NCBI RefSeq assembly: GCF_000150275.1
Contig: NW_002060945.1
Location: 7,879,684 to 7,943,683 of the forward strand
Direction of reading: 5' to 3'
DNA: 64,000 bases
Origin: Trichoplax adhaerens
Taxonomy: Eukaryota > Animalia > Placozoa
In this document: positions 42,101 to 56,008 of the stretch, piece after piece
How positions within the stretch are numbered: position 1 is the first letter of the stretch
How the letters are laid out: each line of letters opens with the position of its first letter
The notes under the pieces: generated by a model
The model's database searches: none
Told to the model about the DNA's origin: nothing
Seen by the model: only the letters and a program-made list of their open reading frames with translations
Made by a program: the position numbers and the translations under genes

Positions 42101-43131
42101 TTATATTGTCATTTCCGTATCTATAAAATCGCTTGCGCTGCATTTATAGAATCACTCAGCAGTTTAAAATATGGATTATAACATACATAATCATAGCATA
42201 ATCGCTGCCAGTATAACCTAATCTTCATTATTTGAGGGGAAAAAAGATCGAGAAATCTGTCTTTATTCGTGAATAGCATTTGCTCTTTAGCTAAGATAGA
42301 AAAAATGAACGCTATAAAATTTAATTATTCATTCTTACAGGCTATTTCAAATTATTCCTGACGCCAAGCAATATTTTACTTCAGTGGAATTTTTCAACGA
42401 TATGAAAGATTTGATAAAGGATCCACTCGTTCGAAGTCATGGCCTACGTTTCATGAAAGCCATTGAGACCATGCTAGAGATAGAATTTGATTCAAATGGT
42501 TGCATTTTCTTATTTAGCGCTATTGGTAACAGACATTGCAGCTATGGAATTGAAGCAGATTACTTAGATGTAAGCTATCAAACTGAATCAAAAGCTTATT
42601 TACAACTATTCTTAAATTTTAAATCGTTTTAAGTTCAGACGAATTAAATTCATTAACAGTTTCAACTACCATATTATTTGTTATACAGAATTATTAAAAT
42701 TTTAAACGATTACTAATTGTAAATTGAAACATAGATAATACAAATTTACTTACTTGTAGAATAAGGTTGTATAGAGGATATAGTAGTCCAGTGTGAGTAT
42801 TTTTTTTATATTCGATACAAGATTACTTTTACTAACATTAACAATATTCTATTCATATCTAATTCATTTATAGTATGTTCCTCAGGCATTTCGATTCATG
42901 CTGACTAAGGCCTTAGGCAATAATTACACTGATAAAATTGCATCGGTTTGGGATGAAATTTTAAGCCATATTATAAAAGCAATGCAAGATAAAGTACGAG
43001 AAGGGACGAAATTAAAAGAAGATAAAGAAGAAGTTGCACGCCGTATAAGTAGCGCCTATCTCACCGATAAAAAAAGAGAGGACTGTAAAAGTACTACCAA
43101 TGGCAGTGAGGATAGTCCGAATGTGATGTAA
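39180..43131 (+). CDS. Globin 2 (neuroglobin/globin X-like) with N-terminal Met-Gly extension and charged C-terminal tail, 218 aa, 3 exons
   Basis: Exons 39180-39349, 42341-42569, 42874-43131 (657 nt); introns at B12.2 and G7.0; central exon 229 nt, the same as globin 1. MGSAGGK start; IIRQTW; NGVLVFFK|LF; PDAKQYF (CD1); VRSHGLRFM (E7 His); GNRHCSY (F8 His); SVW. Confidence 0.93.
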
Positions 43132-46100
43132 AATGGCAATTACCAGCTACCTACCAGCAGTTGAAACAACTATACTATCCACTTTTAATATAGAGTATTA
43201 AATAACTTGATCTAGTAACTTATTGTAGTATTTCCCTTTCTAATTCAAGTACTCGCTTGATATTGACCATTTTATAATAGCTGAACGTAGTATTGGAAAG
43301 GGTTTACGGAGCTAAAACATTTGCAAATCGTAGCCCAGTGACGAAATAATATAATTTTAAAAACATTGATTTATAAGCTCTACTTAAATTTTATGACACG
43401 AAAGTATCTCGTCTAAGAATGATCGAATAACGACATTCTACCTACAGAAATCGATTAAAGAATTCATCCAATAACTAATCCAATTTAGGTTTTGACAAAA
43501 GAAGTAGTTACTTCTGTTATAATATGCTGATATCATTATAATTAAGCTGTTGCGTTAGTGTGCTTCTGCTACAAAAATCTTTTATCAGCGTCAATTGCAA
43601 TGTTTTCTTCTACTCAACTGTCTAACTGTTGAAATCTAATTTCTGCATGCAGAGTTAGGCGGCAATTGAAATTACTGCAAAAAATTTCTTTACCTTTGCT
43701 ATCATTGAAATGAAATCAGATAATACGTTAAGCAAACAGTGACTTTGATCGTCGATAATAGTATATCAAGGATATTCGTTATAAATCAGTGTTTCTATCT
43801 TCACATAGGGTATATTGCTGGTCAAAGTTAAGATATACTTATGATGTGATAGAATTTACATTTATCCTGCCGCTATAATAGATTCCACGAAAAGATATTA
43901 ATCCGTGGGCTGCCTTATAAGATATCAATATCAACGCCTTAATTTTTAAAAATATATGTTGCTTATAAAATTATAGAATCTATAAATATCTCGTGATGTA
44001 ATAATGAAAGCTACCAAATGCTCAATTTAGAAAATATATGTTGATATAAATACTTTAATCATATACAAATTATTAAAGTCTGATTCAATTATGGTCGAAC
44101 TATAATTTGCTGTATCGCAATAATAATTTAGACTAAAGGTATTAGTGCATGAACTAACTTATAAGAAATAAATTGGCGTAAATATAAATTTAAGTAATTT
44201 ATATCAAATAGTTCATCTAAGATAGGTCGATAGTACGTGACAGCATCTTTGCTATTGGATCAAATAATTAACCTATGAAATGTACTACCTTGGATTTCAA
44301 ATTATTGTTTCCGACAAGATTAAAAAAAATGAAATTAACGATGAATCTATTAAATGTTGCATTTAATATGAAATTTTAGAAAATCTAAAACTGTTGACCG
44401 CTATCTTTTCTTTCAATAAAATACGTTCGACCCCTTATTCAAAATCTGAGACATGGCTAAGACGAATTAAAAAGGTCCAGCTTTATTAATAAATTTCTAA
44501 TACGCATTATACCAACCTATTGTTAAATTAAATTATCTTTAATAAGGACAGCTTCTTCGTTGAGGCTAAAGACTGAATATTGTCGTCAAATAAATTAAAT
44601 TACGAAATGAATTTCAAGAGATTTTTATTTACTTAACCAAATTTACATCGTCAACCATCCATGGAAAACAGTAACACTTATCATAGAATGATTTATTATA
44701 TATTAGTATACAGCATAAAGGATGCGTTGAAAAGTCTGTTTTCTCATTTCCTGTAAAAGGCGAAATTTTAACCAATATTATTCACCAATCAATTGAATGA
44801 ATGTGATCGCAAAACAGAAGTAGTGATAAAAGGAGAGGATTTATGATAAAATGAATATCTAAATTACTGCATTAAAATTATTTTTTATTCTTCTTGCCAT
44901 ACATACTGTAGGTAATCCGTCTATACTGGCGTGATAATCGGTAAGGAAGATTGATTTTATTATTCCATAAATCATCATCATGGTACAATCTTTATATGGG
45001 TATTGGTACAGAAATTAAGTGAGTTTATCTTAGCAGATGTTAGCAAAATAGAAATCTTTCATTACTGGCTTAAATTACGGTGAAAGGGACAGATAAAATA
45101 GAATTATTTGCTTACAATTTAATTTCGTAAATATATTTTATAGCAATTTATTTTCAAGTACTAACAATAGTAATAAAATATGCAGAATAGAGAATTGCAT
45201 TCAAAAATAGGGCCCATCAGTCCAGTTCCTTAAAAGTAGTCTGATAATGTTCGATAGATAATTTACAATTTCGGTAGTATTTACGAATTACATAGAATCA
45301 TTTCGAATGGCTTTTACGGTAAATCATAGTTTCATTTCATGATTATTGCATAATAAATCATTGAATTCTAAGGTAGCATCATTAATATCTTACTTTTTAT
45401 TTATTGCTTATTAAAGTGAATTTGCTATGTACCGATCGTATTTACTAGCGATAAAAAATGGTCGTTAAATTCTATAGCAGCAATAAAACTGGTTTAGTTA
45501 TTAGCTGACAGTTCAGGACTAAGATGTAGGCTTGATTCTATCCATTTTGCATTTTATTAGTCAGCGATTCTTAATAACATGAAATAAGACATTTTGATAT
45601 AAAAAAAATAAGCGTGGTAATGCATGGAAAAACTGTAGATCGTTCGATAGCTAAAATTTTGGTGTATACTCGCATGATCGATCACCCGTATTGCTTTATC
45701 GATTTATACGAGGTATAAATTGTTGACAAATATTCTCTATTCCTTAATTACTTATGCCTTTCATTTCAATTTAACCGAATTACTTCTATTTATGCCTTTA
45801 TAACTAAAGTAAGAATAAAAATTCTTTAATGGGATCTATTGTAGTAGATATCCTATCTATCTATTCAAAATTTTATCGTTGTCAAATTATTTTAAATATA
45901 ATAGCTAATCCTAATGGACTTAAGGATAAAAGCTGAGCCTAAATTAATCTCTATCGGGGTTTACTCGCATAATTTCAAACCGGTGTGAGCGATTTTGTAA
46001 TTTAGATTCCTATTTGGAAGAAGCATGAAATTAATTATCTAAAGAGATTTAGTTTAAATGATTGTTTTCTACTCTAATAAGCTATACTAATAAGCCTTTC

Positions 46101-49100
46101 ACAAAAAAATTCGAAACTTTTCGGGAAAATTAAATTATAACATTTATACCGAATTTGTTCTTCCAGATTTCAAAGGAAAAGTTGTGAAGATCATTAACGT
46201 TGTCATGATTTCAGTATCGCGAAGATAAATGCCCACTAATAACAAGCTAAATCTATATAGTTATATGAAACATTAAATAGATATTATCACCCAACACTAT
46301 ACTTAAATTTTAGAATGGAAGCATAAATTTCACAGATCGATTAAAAAACAAATTCGGGCGATTTAGACTAACAAGCATAAACCTAATAATAAAATGATAA
46401 TTATTTTGTGTTATTCAAAGTTTTCCTAGCAGGATAAGATTCTTCTATTTCTGGACCGTACTTACTCTAAAAATAATTATATATTTCTTTCAGGATAGAT
46501 AACTCGCTCATGTATAAGGCAATCTGAGTGAGATAATCTCTATTTTGAAAAAATGATGCGCTTTAATGGAATGCAACCATAGTGAAAGGATTCAATATCG
46601 TAAAGCACTATCAGGATAGAAGGAGATATGGTTTAATTCACAATAACGACTACTGGGTGCCCTAACCTAATCCTACCTTGAAATTAATTTGTTTTTGTGT
46701 CGATGTTGAGCTTGACGTTGAACATACTATAGGCTAAATGATATTTTCGTTCATTAGTACTGTTGTTTGCTCTAATAGCTAGGATAATTACGATAATCAA
46801 CCTTCCATCCTGTCACAAAACAGCTTTGCAACAAGATAACGTAATGTACAATCAATAAGACAATTTCTTGAACCACGTATCAAGGAACGATATCTGCACT
46901 AATCAGGGACGCTTTTGCTCTATTAGCAGACTACACAAAGACGTAAACGCTTCGTATTTTACGTTAAACACTAAATTTAAGAATTAAACTTATTACGCGA
47001 TATATTGTGTTTATGTACTCTTCCTTAACAGTTCATGAGTCATAGTCAGTACGATTAACTTTGAAATCATTCACTGAATTGGATATTGATTTTAGCTACT
47101 GCTTCCTAATGCAGACAACAGTATTTGCGAATATAGAAATCTGATGACTAATACAGAATAGTCCAATTACGATATATCCTATAACGGGACATTTCCACGA
47201 TAATTTACAATCTACCATAAGTAAGTTACAATCAAAATGATTCGAACTGTAAGTATATAATTCGTATTCCCTAATATAACTTTTAATTTTGGTATATGTA
47301 TATATGTTACTATCATGAAAAGCCAGTGCTATATTAAAACACAGTATATCCAAATTAGAAGTTAACTAAATAAGGATAAACTAACAAAATTATCCTAACA
47401 TAGATATTTCTACGCTAATACAGTACATAACACTGTCGCACATCCATGAAGCATAAATAGTATATGACGTCACCAAGTATTCCATCTTTTAAAATTTAAA
47501 ATTTCCTGTAACTGGCATTACAAAAGCTACACTGTAAAGTAATTAACTTTTGATACCAGTAGTTACATGCATTTGCGAAAATTTTTTTCCTGGATTTAAA
47601 TTTCCGATTAAATCGAGAATGATTTCATAGCTTAATACTTCATTCAAACTATAGAGAATTATGAAATATTATTATCTTATTAAAGTCTAATATATATTGA
47701 TTCTAATGAATTGTAACATGCTATGCCAGAATTTATCCCAATATCTCTTAACAGTTAGACGGCATTAGGGTATAGCAGTGTAGTTTTTCTATGAATATTA
47801 GAATAAAAAAATTACAAGTAAAAAATTTTTACTACTAATAGCTAGCATCTTGGTGCATTAATATTAAATTAGGATTTGTGTAAGCTCACTTTGGAATAAG
47901 TTGATTAAACTTAAAATCAAATCCCAAAGATTTCTATAATATGAGATTTTATCCAAGCGTTATGAATCACCTTTTATTAGATTAACATCCGTTTCTGGTG
48001 CATTAAAACAAAATAATTAGCATCTAACCAATTGAAAGATCTAATTGTTTCTTGATCAAATTTATTCCTTTAAATTAGAGAAAATTTAGAGATATATCTT
48101 TTATTTGACGATCATGCTTCCGCAACGGTCGTGATTCGCGAGAAATTCTATATAAAGTAATTATTATTTACAGTACGGCACAAGTTAAGGCAATAATCGG
48201 TTTGAATAATAATACTAGGGGTATAGTTCACAAACTGATTATAGATTATGTTAAATCTGTAAAGTAATTAATCTAAAATTAGTTTTATTTTCGTTTAATT
48301 TATAATAATAGCTTTAATTGATTTTATCAAGCGAGTTATAATATATTGGAATATTTATAATCGTCATCTACTCATATGTTATAGAAAATCAGCTTTAAAA
48401 AATATATACTAAAGTGAAATTTGTTAATTAATATTAGAAAATAACACCTTTACACTGTAGAATATGCTTAGAGTCTGTATCCACAGCATAAATTCAGCAA
48501 TATACAGCAAATCGTTTCACTAGGCGGAATACTTCCGAGATCGATTCAATCACACTTTTAATACTTTAGCCTTGTAAAAGACAACAAAGGCGTTACTAAG
48601 GCGTTTAGCTTTTGGAATATACTATAATGCATTCTTATCTAGGTTGTTTACTAAGTAAGCAATACTATGATCAATGCATTAAAATTAATCGACTTAAATT
48701 ATATATATCGTGTAGGTAATAGCTGCGGATTTACATGAATTTAAGGTGAATAACAATTTACTAACGCTAGATAGATGCCAGGTGTTGACTGTAATACAAC
48801 TGTAATAATGAATACCTAGATTTTTAACTGGATCAATGCATCATTCTGATTCCCAGCATCCTGTACTTTAGAAATTATTAATAAATTTTTTACTTCCATA
48901 TTAATTAAGGGTCCCTACTTTGACTTTAAAACGGAAACTTCAAAACGCAAGTTTCACTCCTTTGAATTTGCGTTAATATTTAGCTACATATTAAATATCA
49001 CAATCCAATATTATATCGAGCAGAATAAGAGTGATTTATAAGCCATACGCACATATAATAGAACTATAAATTCATATTGCAATAGTATGTTATGATCATT

Positions 49101-51249
49101 GGCTAACCTATTTAATAATGATCGATTCGCCAATACTTTAACGAGTATAAATCTTATATACTCGATGTCATATCCAGAAATAAAGAGCAGATGCTGCAGA
49201 ATAAATTAAAACAGCAAATAAGTTATATAAAAGTATATATATATATGTTACGGTATGTTATATATACATGCGTGTATCTGTTTGTTTACTTGTATGCGTA
49301 CGTGCAGAGAGTAGAAATCAATATAAAGCAATTCACCTATAGTATATATATATACATAGCATTTTATGTTGTATTTAACTTAAAAATAAATCAGAATAAT
49401 ATTTGCTGTCAAGACAACAATTATACTGTAAACTATCAACCATTATGTGTAAGGTCACTGTCATATGTTTAGACTATAAAGTATAGCGCCAGTATAATAC
49501 AATGATATGCGGATATCGTATGAAGGCTAAACCAAGTAAAAATTTTCTATAGCGCCCATTACGAGAAAAATGTTCGCCTAAGATTTCGCAATACGAGCTG
49601 ATACAATCATATATTATTTTCATTGATCACATTAACACTGAGCTTTTATATTTGTGATGAGAATGATAATAAAATAGAGATCATGACTTTTAATAGCACC
49701 CATATCGTAATATCTGTTCGACATCACATTTATCGGAGTAACTTTGTTAATAAATTTACGTAAATAACATACGAGCATTACTATGTAAATGTGTCTGAGC
49801 AGGGTAGATTATCCCAATAAAATTTGGTGAAAGGTATAAGTAAAATGGGCCGGAGATATCAAAGTTATCCAAAATGAAATAAACGATAGGTTCTTTTGTA
49901 ATACAGTCTGTGAATACTAAAACCGTAGATATAATGGTATAGAGCATACAGTTATTACTGATATTTTCCCAAAACTGCAATAGCAAGTAGGTTTAGGGAT
50001 AGAGAGCAATCAAATCGTACAAGTATGCATCTGCATTTACATATAAATATCACGCCGCGAAAGACAAATCGAAAATAATCTTTTGAAAAATTTAAATCAT
50101 AATAACAAATATTTTTTCAGAACAAATTTGCAATGAAATCAACAGAAATTTCGGATTTTCTATAATACGAGTAGGTATCAGGAATTAGCTATCGTAATTT
50201 TTAAAAGTAACGCTTATCAATAGATATAGTTATTAATCACGCCTGGCAGAAATCCTTATTTAACGTGTTTAATCCTAAAGCTTGATTATCTATTAGTAAT
50301 TAGGATTACTTATTTTTGAGTTAATATTGTTGATACATGCTAACGATGGCTAGTTTTGAGGAATAAAGCCTAATGAATAAAATAGATTGAATCAAAAGTG
50401 ACTATTAACCTACTACTTTATCCATATACGATAGTGAGTAGTCAATTTAGAAATAAATTTAGATACTTTTCATTTTTAACTAAGTTATGACTAATGCTGA
50501 ACAAACAGTATAAATTAACTATTGCTTTAGCTAATCAACCGAATAAAATTTGACTAGAAATCTTGATAAACAGCATAGAAGTCTCATGAATGGATTGCCT
50601 ACTTTATTAGTTATTTAACTTTCAGCATTATTACATACAACGTAGGTAGCAAAACAAATTGAGGCAAACAGCTTTATCAATTGTTTAGCAATATTGAGAA
50701 TAAAGATATGATTGTGACTAAATAGCGAGCTGAATTATACGGTAAAAAACTGTCTTTGACAAGAAATGTGAGGGAAAATGGCAAATGGTGATCAATTAAA
50801 CTTTCTAAAAATCTTTTAATGTAATATTGCAAAACTATGATATTCAATTTGTTTCAATACATAACCTAGCGTATTTACAGTAATATCCTAGGAAATAATT
50901 TGGGAATTTTTATAATTATAATGAATTTGATTCATTACCCGAAGGTTGCTCTATCATACACGTACATCTGCCGGACTATAGATGGTCTACATATTTTTAA
51001 ATTTGCTCATGACAACAGCATATCCGGCATTGACTAAAATCTTTGTAATAGCATTCATCTTCTTGCTGATAACATAAATAGAACTATGGTAATATTACAC
51101 CATATGGTTATATTATAATAACCACTTGGTAATGATAAGACTAAGAAAAGTATTACTTAAATTGATGATATAATAATTTACTCTTGGTGAGAAGATAAAT
51201 AACAATATACACAAGTACGTATCCATGAAGTCATTAGGCGTCCCCATAG

Positions 51250-52185
51250 TTATATCTTTTTTTTAAATCGGAAGATATAAAGAAATTTTAGACGAAAGTT
51301 TGTACTATTCATAGCATAGATTAGTGGATTCCAACAGGAATTAGCATAGCCAAATAAACGAGCTACAAAAAATAGCTTGTCTTCTGTTTCATCTGCATTT
51401 CTCGGGGGGAAAATGATTGATGAATATGTTATAGATACAATGTAAAAGGGTAGCCATGATATGACTTGCACTATTACTACGGTAACTGCAGTTCGCATAG
51501 CTTTACGATGTAATTTCATATTAACACATATTTTTTGCTCACTGTGAACGCTGTTATTTGATTTATAGACCATATAAATATAAGTTGAGGATGCAATAAA
51601 AACTGGCAAAGCATGCAAAGTAACACCACCGAAAGCAATATAAACTCGATCTGATGTATCAGTCCAATTGGCTTGACATGCACTATAGTCACCTTGTGTT
51701 TGTACATTGGAAATAATTAACTTGGGTATGGCATAGATGCCTGATAGTAACCAAGTCATAGATATCATTACTTTCCGTCTTTTACGATTAAATATTTTAC
51801 TAAATGTTAACGGATAAACGATAGCATACAATCGCTCAAATGTAATTGCTAAAACTGAAGTGGCTGACGCTGCAATGGATAACATTTGTATAAAAGGAAT
51901 TAGCTTGCATAATAATTCACCAAATATCCAGTCATTACCAGTAAATGTCAATATAGTAGCCACTGGCATACAAAATATGCAGACTAATAAATCGGCGATA
52001 GCTAAATTAGAGAAAAAATATTGCTTTGCTGAATTGAATTTTCTTTTTTGCCAATATATTGATAAGACTAACAAATTACTGATAACTCCTAGGATGAAAA
52101 CGGCACTATAGCAAAATACTTTAGCCAGAATTATCGATTTATAATAATTGGTCCGATTAAGACGAAGCTGATCTTTGAAATTCAT
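51250..52185 (-). CDS. Intronless class A GPCR, neuropeptide (RFamide/QRFP/orexin-type) receptor-like, 311 aa
   Basis: GVISN, NLAIADLLVCIFCMP, WIFGELLCKLIPFIQ, FERLYAIVYP, ECL2 Cys, SWLPFY, YANSCWNPLIY and NFR helix 8. Confidence 0.95.
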   Translation of the reverse strand: MNFKDQLRLNRTNYYKSIILAKVFCYSAVFILGVISNLLVLSIYWQKRKFNSAKQYFFSNLAIADLLVCIFCMPVATILTFTGNDWIFGELLCKLIPFIQMLSIAASATSVLAITFERLYAIVYPLTFSKIFNRKRRKVMISMTWLLSGIYAIPKLIISNVQTQGDYSACQANWTDTSDRVYIAFGGVTLHALPVFIASSTYIYMVYKSNNSVHSEQKICVNMKLHRKAMRTAVTVVIVQVISWLPFYIVSITYSSIIFPPRNADETEDKLFFVARLFGYANSCWNPLIYAMNSTNFRLKFLYIFRFKKKI

Positions 52186-55100
52186 TTTTTCAATACGTAA
52201 GATTTCCTTTCCTCCGGATAAGAACTAAAAAGATTTTTCTGCCTACTTTAGCAGCACATGTAAAAATACACTTCTCTCGATTTGATTAATGTGAATTGTA
52301 ATAGCCCTAATGGAAAGCAAAAAGACAGTAAATATAAAAAATTTTGAATTCTTTACAAATAACTTGTACTTAAATTGCCCAATTTTATGCAAGCTTAGTA
52401 GTTAAATTTAGTGTACAGATTATCTATTAACTAGTAATTTATTTTATATTCATAATTTTGTATGACTATTACAATTAATATCATATTTTGACATTAAAAT
52501 TTCAATAATCTTACCACCATAATCTGCTTGCTGTTAACCAGTAATGAGGCTGTAACTGAAACTTTTAACTGAAATGTTTCAGATACCCGGTAAGGTCTTA
52601 TTGACGGCAATTAAATGATAATTTCAAATAATGATAAAAGTAACTCTTCACTTTAGTTAATAATTATAATTATGTACGTATACGATAATATCAGAGGCGT
52701 ATTATCAGAGATTACTATCCCAAGCATTGATGAGTCACAGAAATCTTATGCTGATCTGAGAATAATAACCAAAGTAGCTTCTGAATTCAATTTACTTGCT
52801 TAAGTAAAAGTAGAGTATGTAATAACGCGCTTAAAATGTTAAAATATTTCTGATCATCTCTATTCTCTTTGCATAAATCAGTTCATCTTGATTTCTAAAT
52901 TCAAATGTTCCAATCCGATCTCAACTATTAATTTCAATCCCTATATCGTCAATTCCTTTATTATCTCTAATCTATTCGAGTTTGCTGAGCTCTGAATGAA
53001 TACTTTTATCGAAAGTAACGATAACTGATTGGATCTGGCGTGTTGTTATGATATTGATTCTTGTTGATTAGGTTACAGATGTTAAGATATTCAGTTGCTA
53101 ACATAAATGGCAGTAGCCATAACGAATAAGCTGAATATAGTTGTATAACCAATCTAATCAAACGATCTAAATAAAAATTAATTGTCTACTTCATTGTTCT
53201 CGATCCTTTTTATGTCATTGATATGTAAGATACTACTGTACTATAGTTTTCATCAATGGGAGAATAATCAGAGGTTATAACTTGTCTAGTTATAACTCTT
53301 TATTAATCTTCGACTGCGGCTTTAGTTTATTCCTATTGCGAGGGATTCTATTCAATCTTGTTAAAAGACTGAATTTGATCTGTGCACTAAAACTATCAAT
53401 AACTACTTAACAATACCATAATTTCCTACCACCACGACCTGCTATATGCTTTGATAACAGTATAAAAATTACCACAGTATTGAATATTACGAATAACAAT
53501 TTATATTTGTCTCAGGCATAGGATATATTTAGTAAAATTGCTTTTATTCTTTAGCATTCTATTTCAATTGAAAAAAATTGGGAAAAGGGAAAAATACATA
53601 TACATACTTAATTACTTACTTACCATCTATCTATCGTACGTTGATTCAGGGAGTTTTTATTCACAATTAGTAATTAAAGAATAAAATGATTGAACGTCTT
53701 GAGTAGAGACCCCGATTTTTAATTAATGAAATGAATGGTATTTAATCAATCACAGCTACACTAATCTTGTTTATTGGTAATGGATAAATTATATCATGTC
53801 GACGAATGAATAATTTTACTTTTTTAGATTTCTAATTTTATATTTTTACGATCATAAAAGAGATCAAAATAGAACGAAAACTTTCAATTCTAAAACAAAA
53901 TACGGGACTTATGAATGATAGCCAGCACGAATAATTAATTAATCAAATTGTACTTGTATGATGTTAGCGCCTCGACAATATCATTTCTGGCGATAGTAGG
54001 TCGAATTTTTATGCTTTTTTTATATCGTAAATTAAATACACAATACAACTTAGTGACAGAAGAAAAAATTACACACTGTTATGTCTTCTCAACTTTTGAT
54101 TTTGAAATAGAATTCAGATTGAATAGGTATAAATACTGAATAAGACAATCGACTGCATGGTAGAATGCTTTTTCATATTTTTTACTATTAAGGGTACCAA
54201 AACAGAATATAAAGCCCTTATTCATGTTGCCTCAAAAGGTCTAGAAGTCGCCGTTTACTAATCGTAGTTATTCTATAGTTATTTTATTTTATAGTTTAGT
54301 ACAAAAATGAGCTCTTAAATCAACTTATACCAGCGATAAAGATGTTATTAATTTATAATCGAAAGCTACTGCACGCGTGGGAGGAGGAATTCCAAGATGT
54401 CGGAGTTTTACAATCATTATCTTGCATGATAGAAAGCTCTAATAATTTTAGCATCTTCGTATTAATTAAGAATGGATGTCAATGAAAAACATAAATACTA
54501 TAATCGGAGTCGATCAGTTATACAGATTGACTTTTGTACTATAAATTGCATAATTTTCCTATCATTTTAATTGAATAAATTATAATTGACAATACTATTG
54601 CTGATTGCATTGCACCTGCCATGAAGTCAGTTGAAATTGTACTTGCATAAAATAAGAACTAACCTTACCTGTGATAGATTAGAATAATTTTATGTAATCC
54701 TTAATGGTTTTATCAATATTGATGGTATTGGAATAGATGACCAGCGATAGATCGTTTGCTATCCGCTGGTATCATTTCAGTAGGTCAGCTTTTATTGATA
54801 CAACATCGTAAATATGGATCTAAACATTTTATCATTGTTTCTTTAATTATGTGTATCAAGCTGCCTGAAAATTAAAAACCAAAGTAGACAAACTGGTAGT
54901 TAATTTCAGGTACTTACCAATAGCTATCGTAGGCTTGCTAACTTAATGTTAAAAGAAGTATAAGGATCGAACACTTTCCCACATTAATTTAAAGTCGTTG
55001 AAGGAGCACTGTTCTCTTCATATGCTATAAATTTGGACTATGTACTGGTAAGAATTATCAGTCACATTTGGCAACTTTGATTTTAATGTAACTTTCTAAT

Positions 55101-56008
55101 GTTCGTTAATAATGAATTCGATAACATTTTACATATTAGTAAAACATACATGATTACGATATAGAATAAATCATTTTCCCTATGGAATAATGTCAATTAC
55201 ATGAGTAATAAATTCTTCGGAGGCAAACGCATAATTTATCAAGAACTATTAGAAACCTTTCTCATCGTTACATTAAGATTATGACTAGAGATTAAAAGAA
55301 TACTATCAGGTCTTAATTCAAAATTTAAATATTCAGATTAAACTAATTCATTTTCTATTACTTGCGACGGTAATTGCTTCGCTAATGCCGCTCAATTAGT
55401 TCATTAAAATATATTAAATATGTCCCAAGCATGATCCAGCGATGATGTTCATCACCATCAATATTACTGAATAGAGACGAAAATCCTCTAAATACGAATA
55501 CGCGTATGATCGAATTCATACATATCAAGTATGCATGAACGATCATCTAGTGTATTTCAAAGTTATATTTCCAATCCTACTAGCTTGATATGATCAGACT
55601 GAAAAATTTACATACACGTATATATACATGCTACAGAAAATACGCACGCATAATAAATAATCCTTATTTGAAATTGAAGCGATCATAAAAAATTATAGAA
55701 ATGCATGTCTAAACAATAAATAATATATACTTAAACGCCAAATCCAATAGGCAACTTAATTTTAGCCGAATGTGGGAATAGAAAGTAATAAAAGTATAAA
55801 AGAAGCAAATTCTAACCATTCTAAGCGTTATAGTAACCGATACAATGTAAAAATTAAGTCCAAAATAATAAAGAAAATATCCATTTAATTAAGTAAGGAT
55901 GGAAACTGATTTTAAAAATCTTGAACCAATTAGGAACAATATTAGAATAATAATGATTAAAACTTCAAAATCTCATCTAGCCATCTAGGCGATCATTTCC
56001 ACGGTTAA

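Noticed and set aside
49191-49472. 93-aa ORF rich in Tyr/Ile/Val
   Set aside because: Product of TA-rich low-complexity sequence.
54737-54775. SECIS or iron-responsive element interpretation of the hairpin
   Set aside because: ATGA is present but the 3' GA of the SECIS quartet is missing, and no nearby gene model needs an in-frame TGA. The loop is not CAGUGN.
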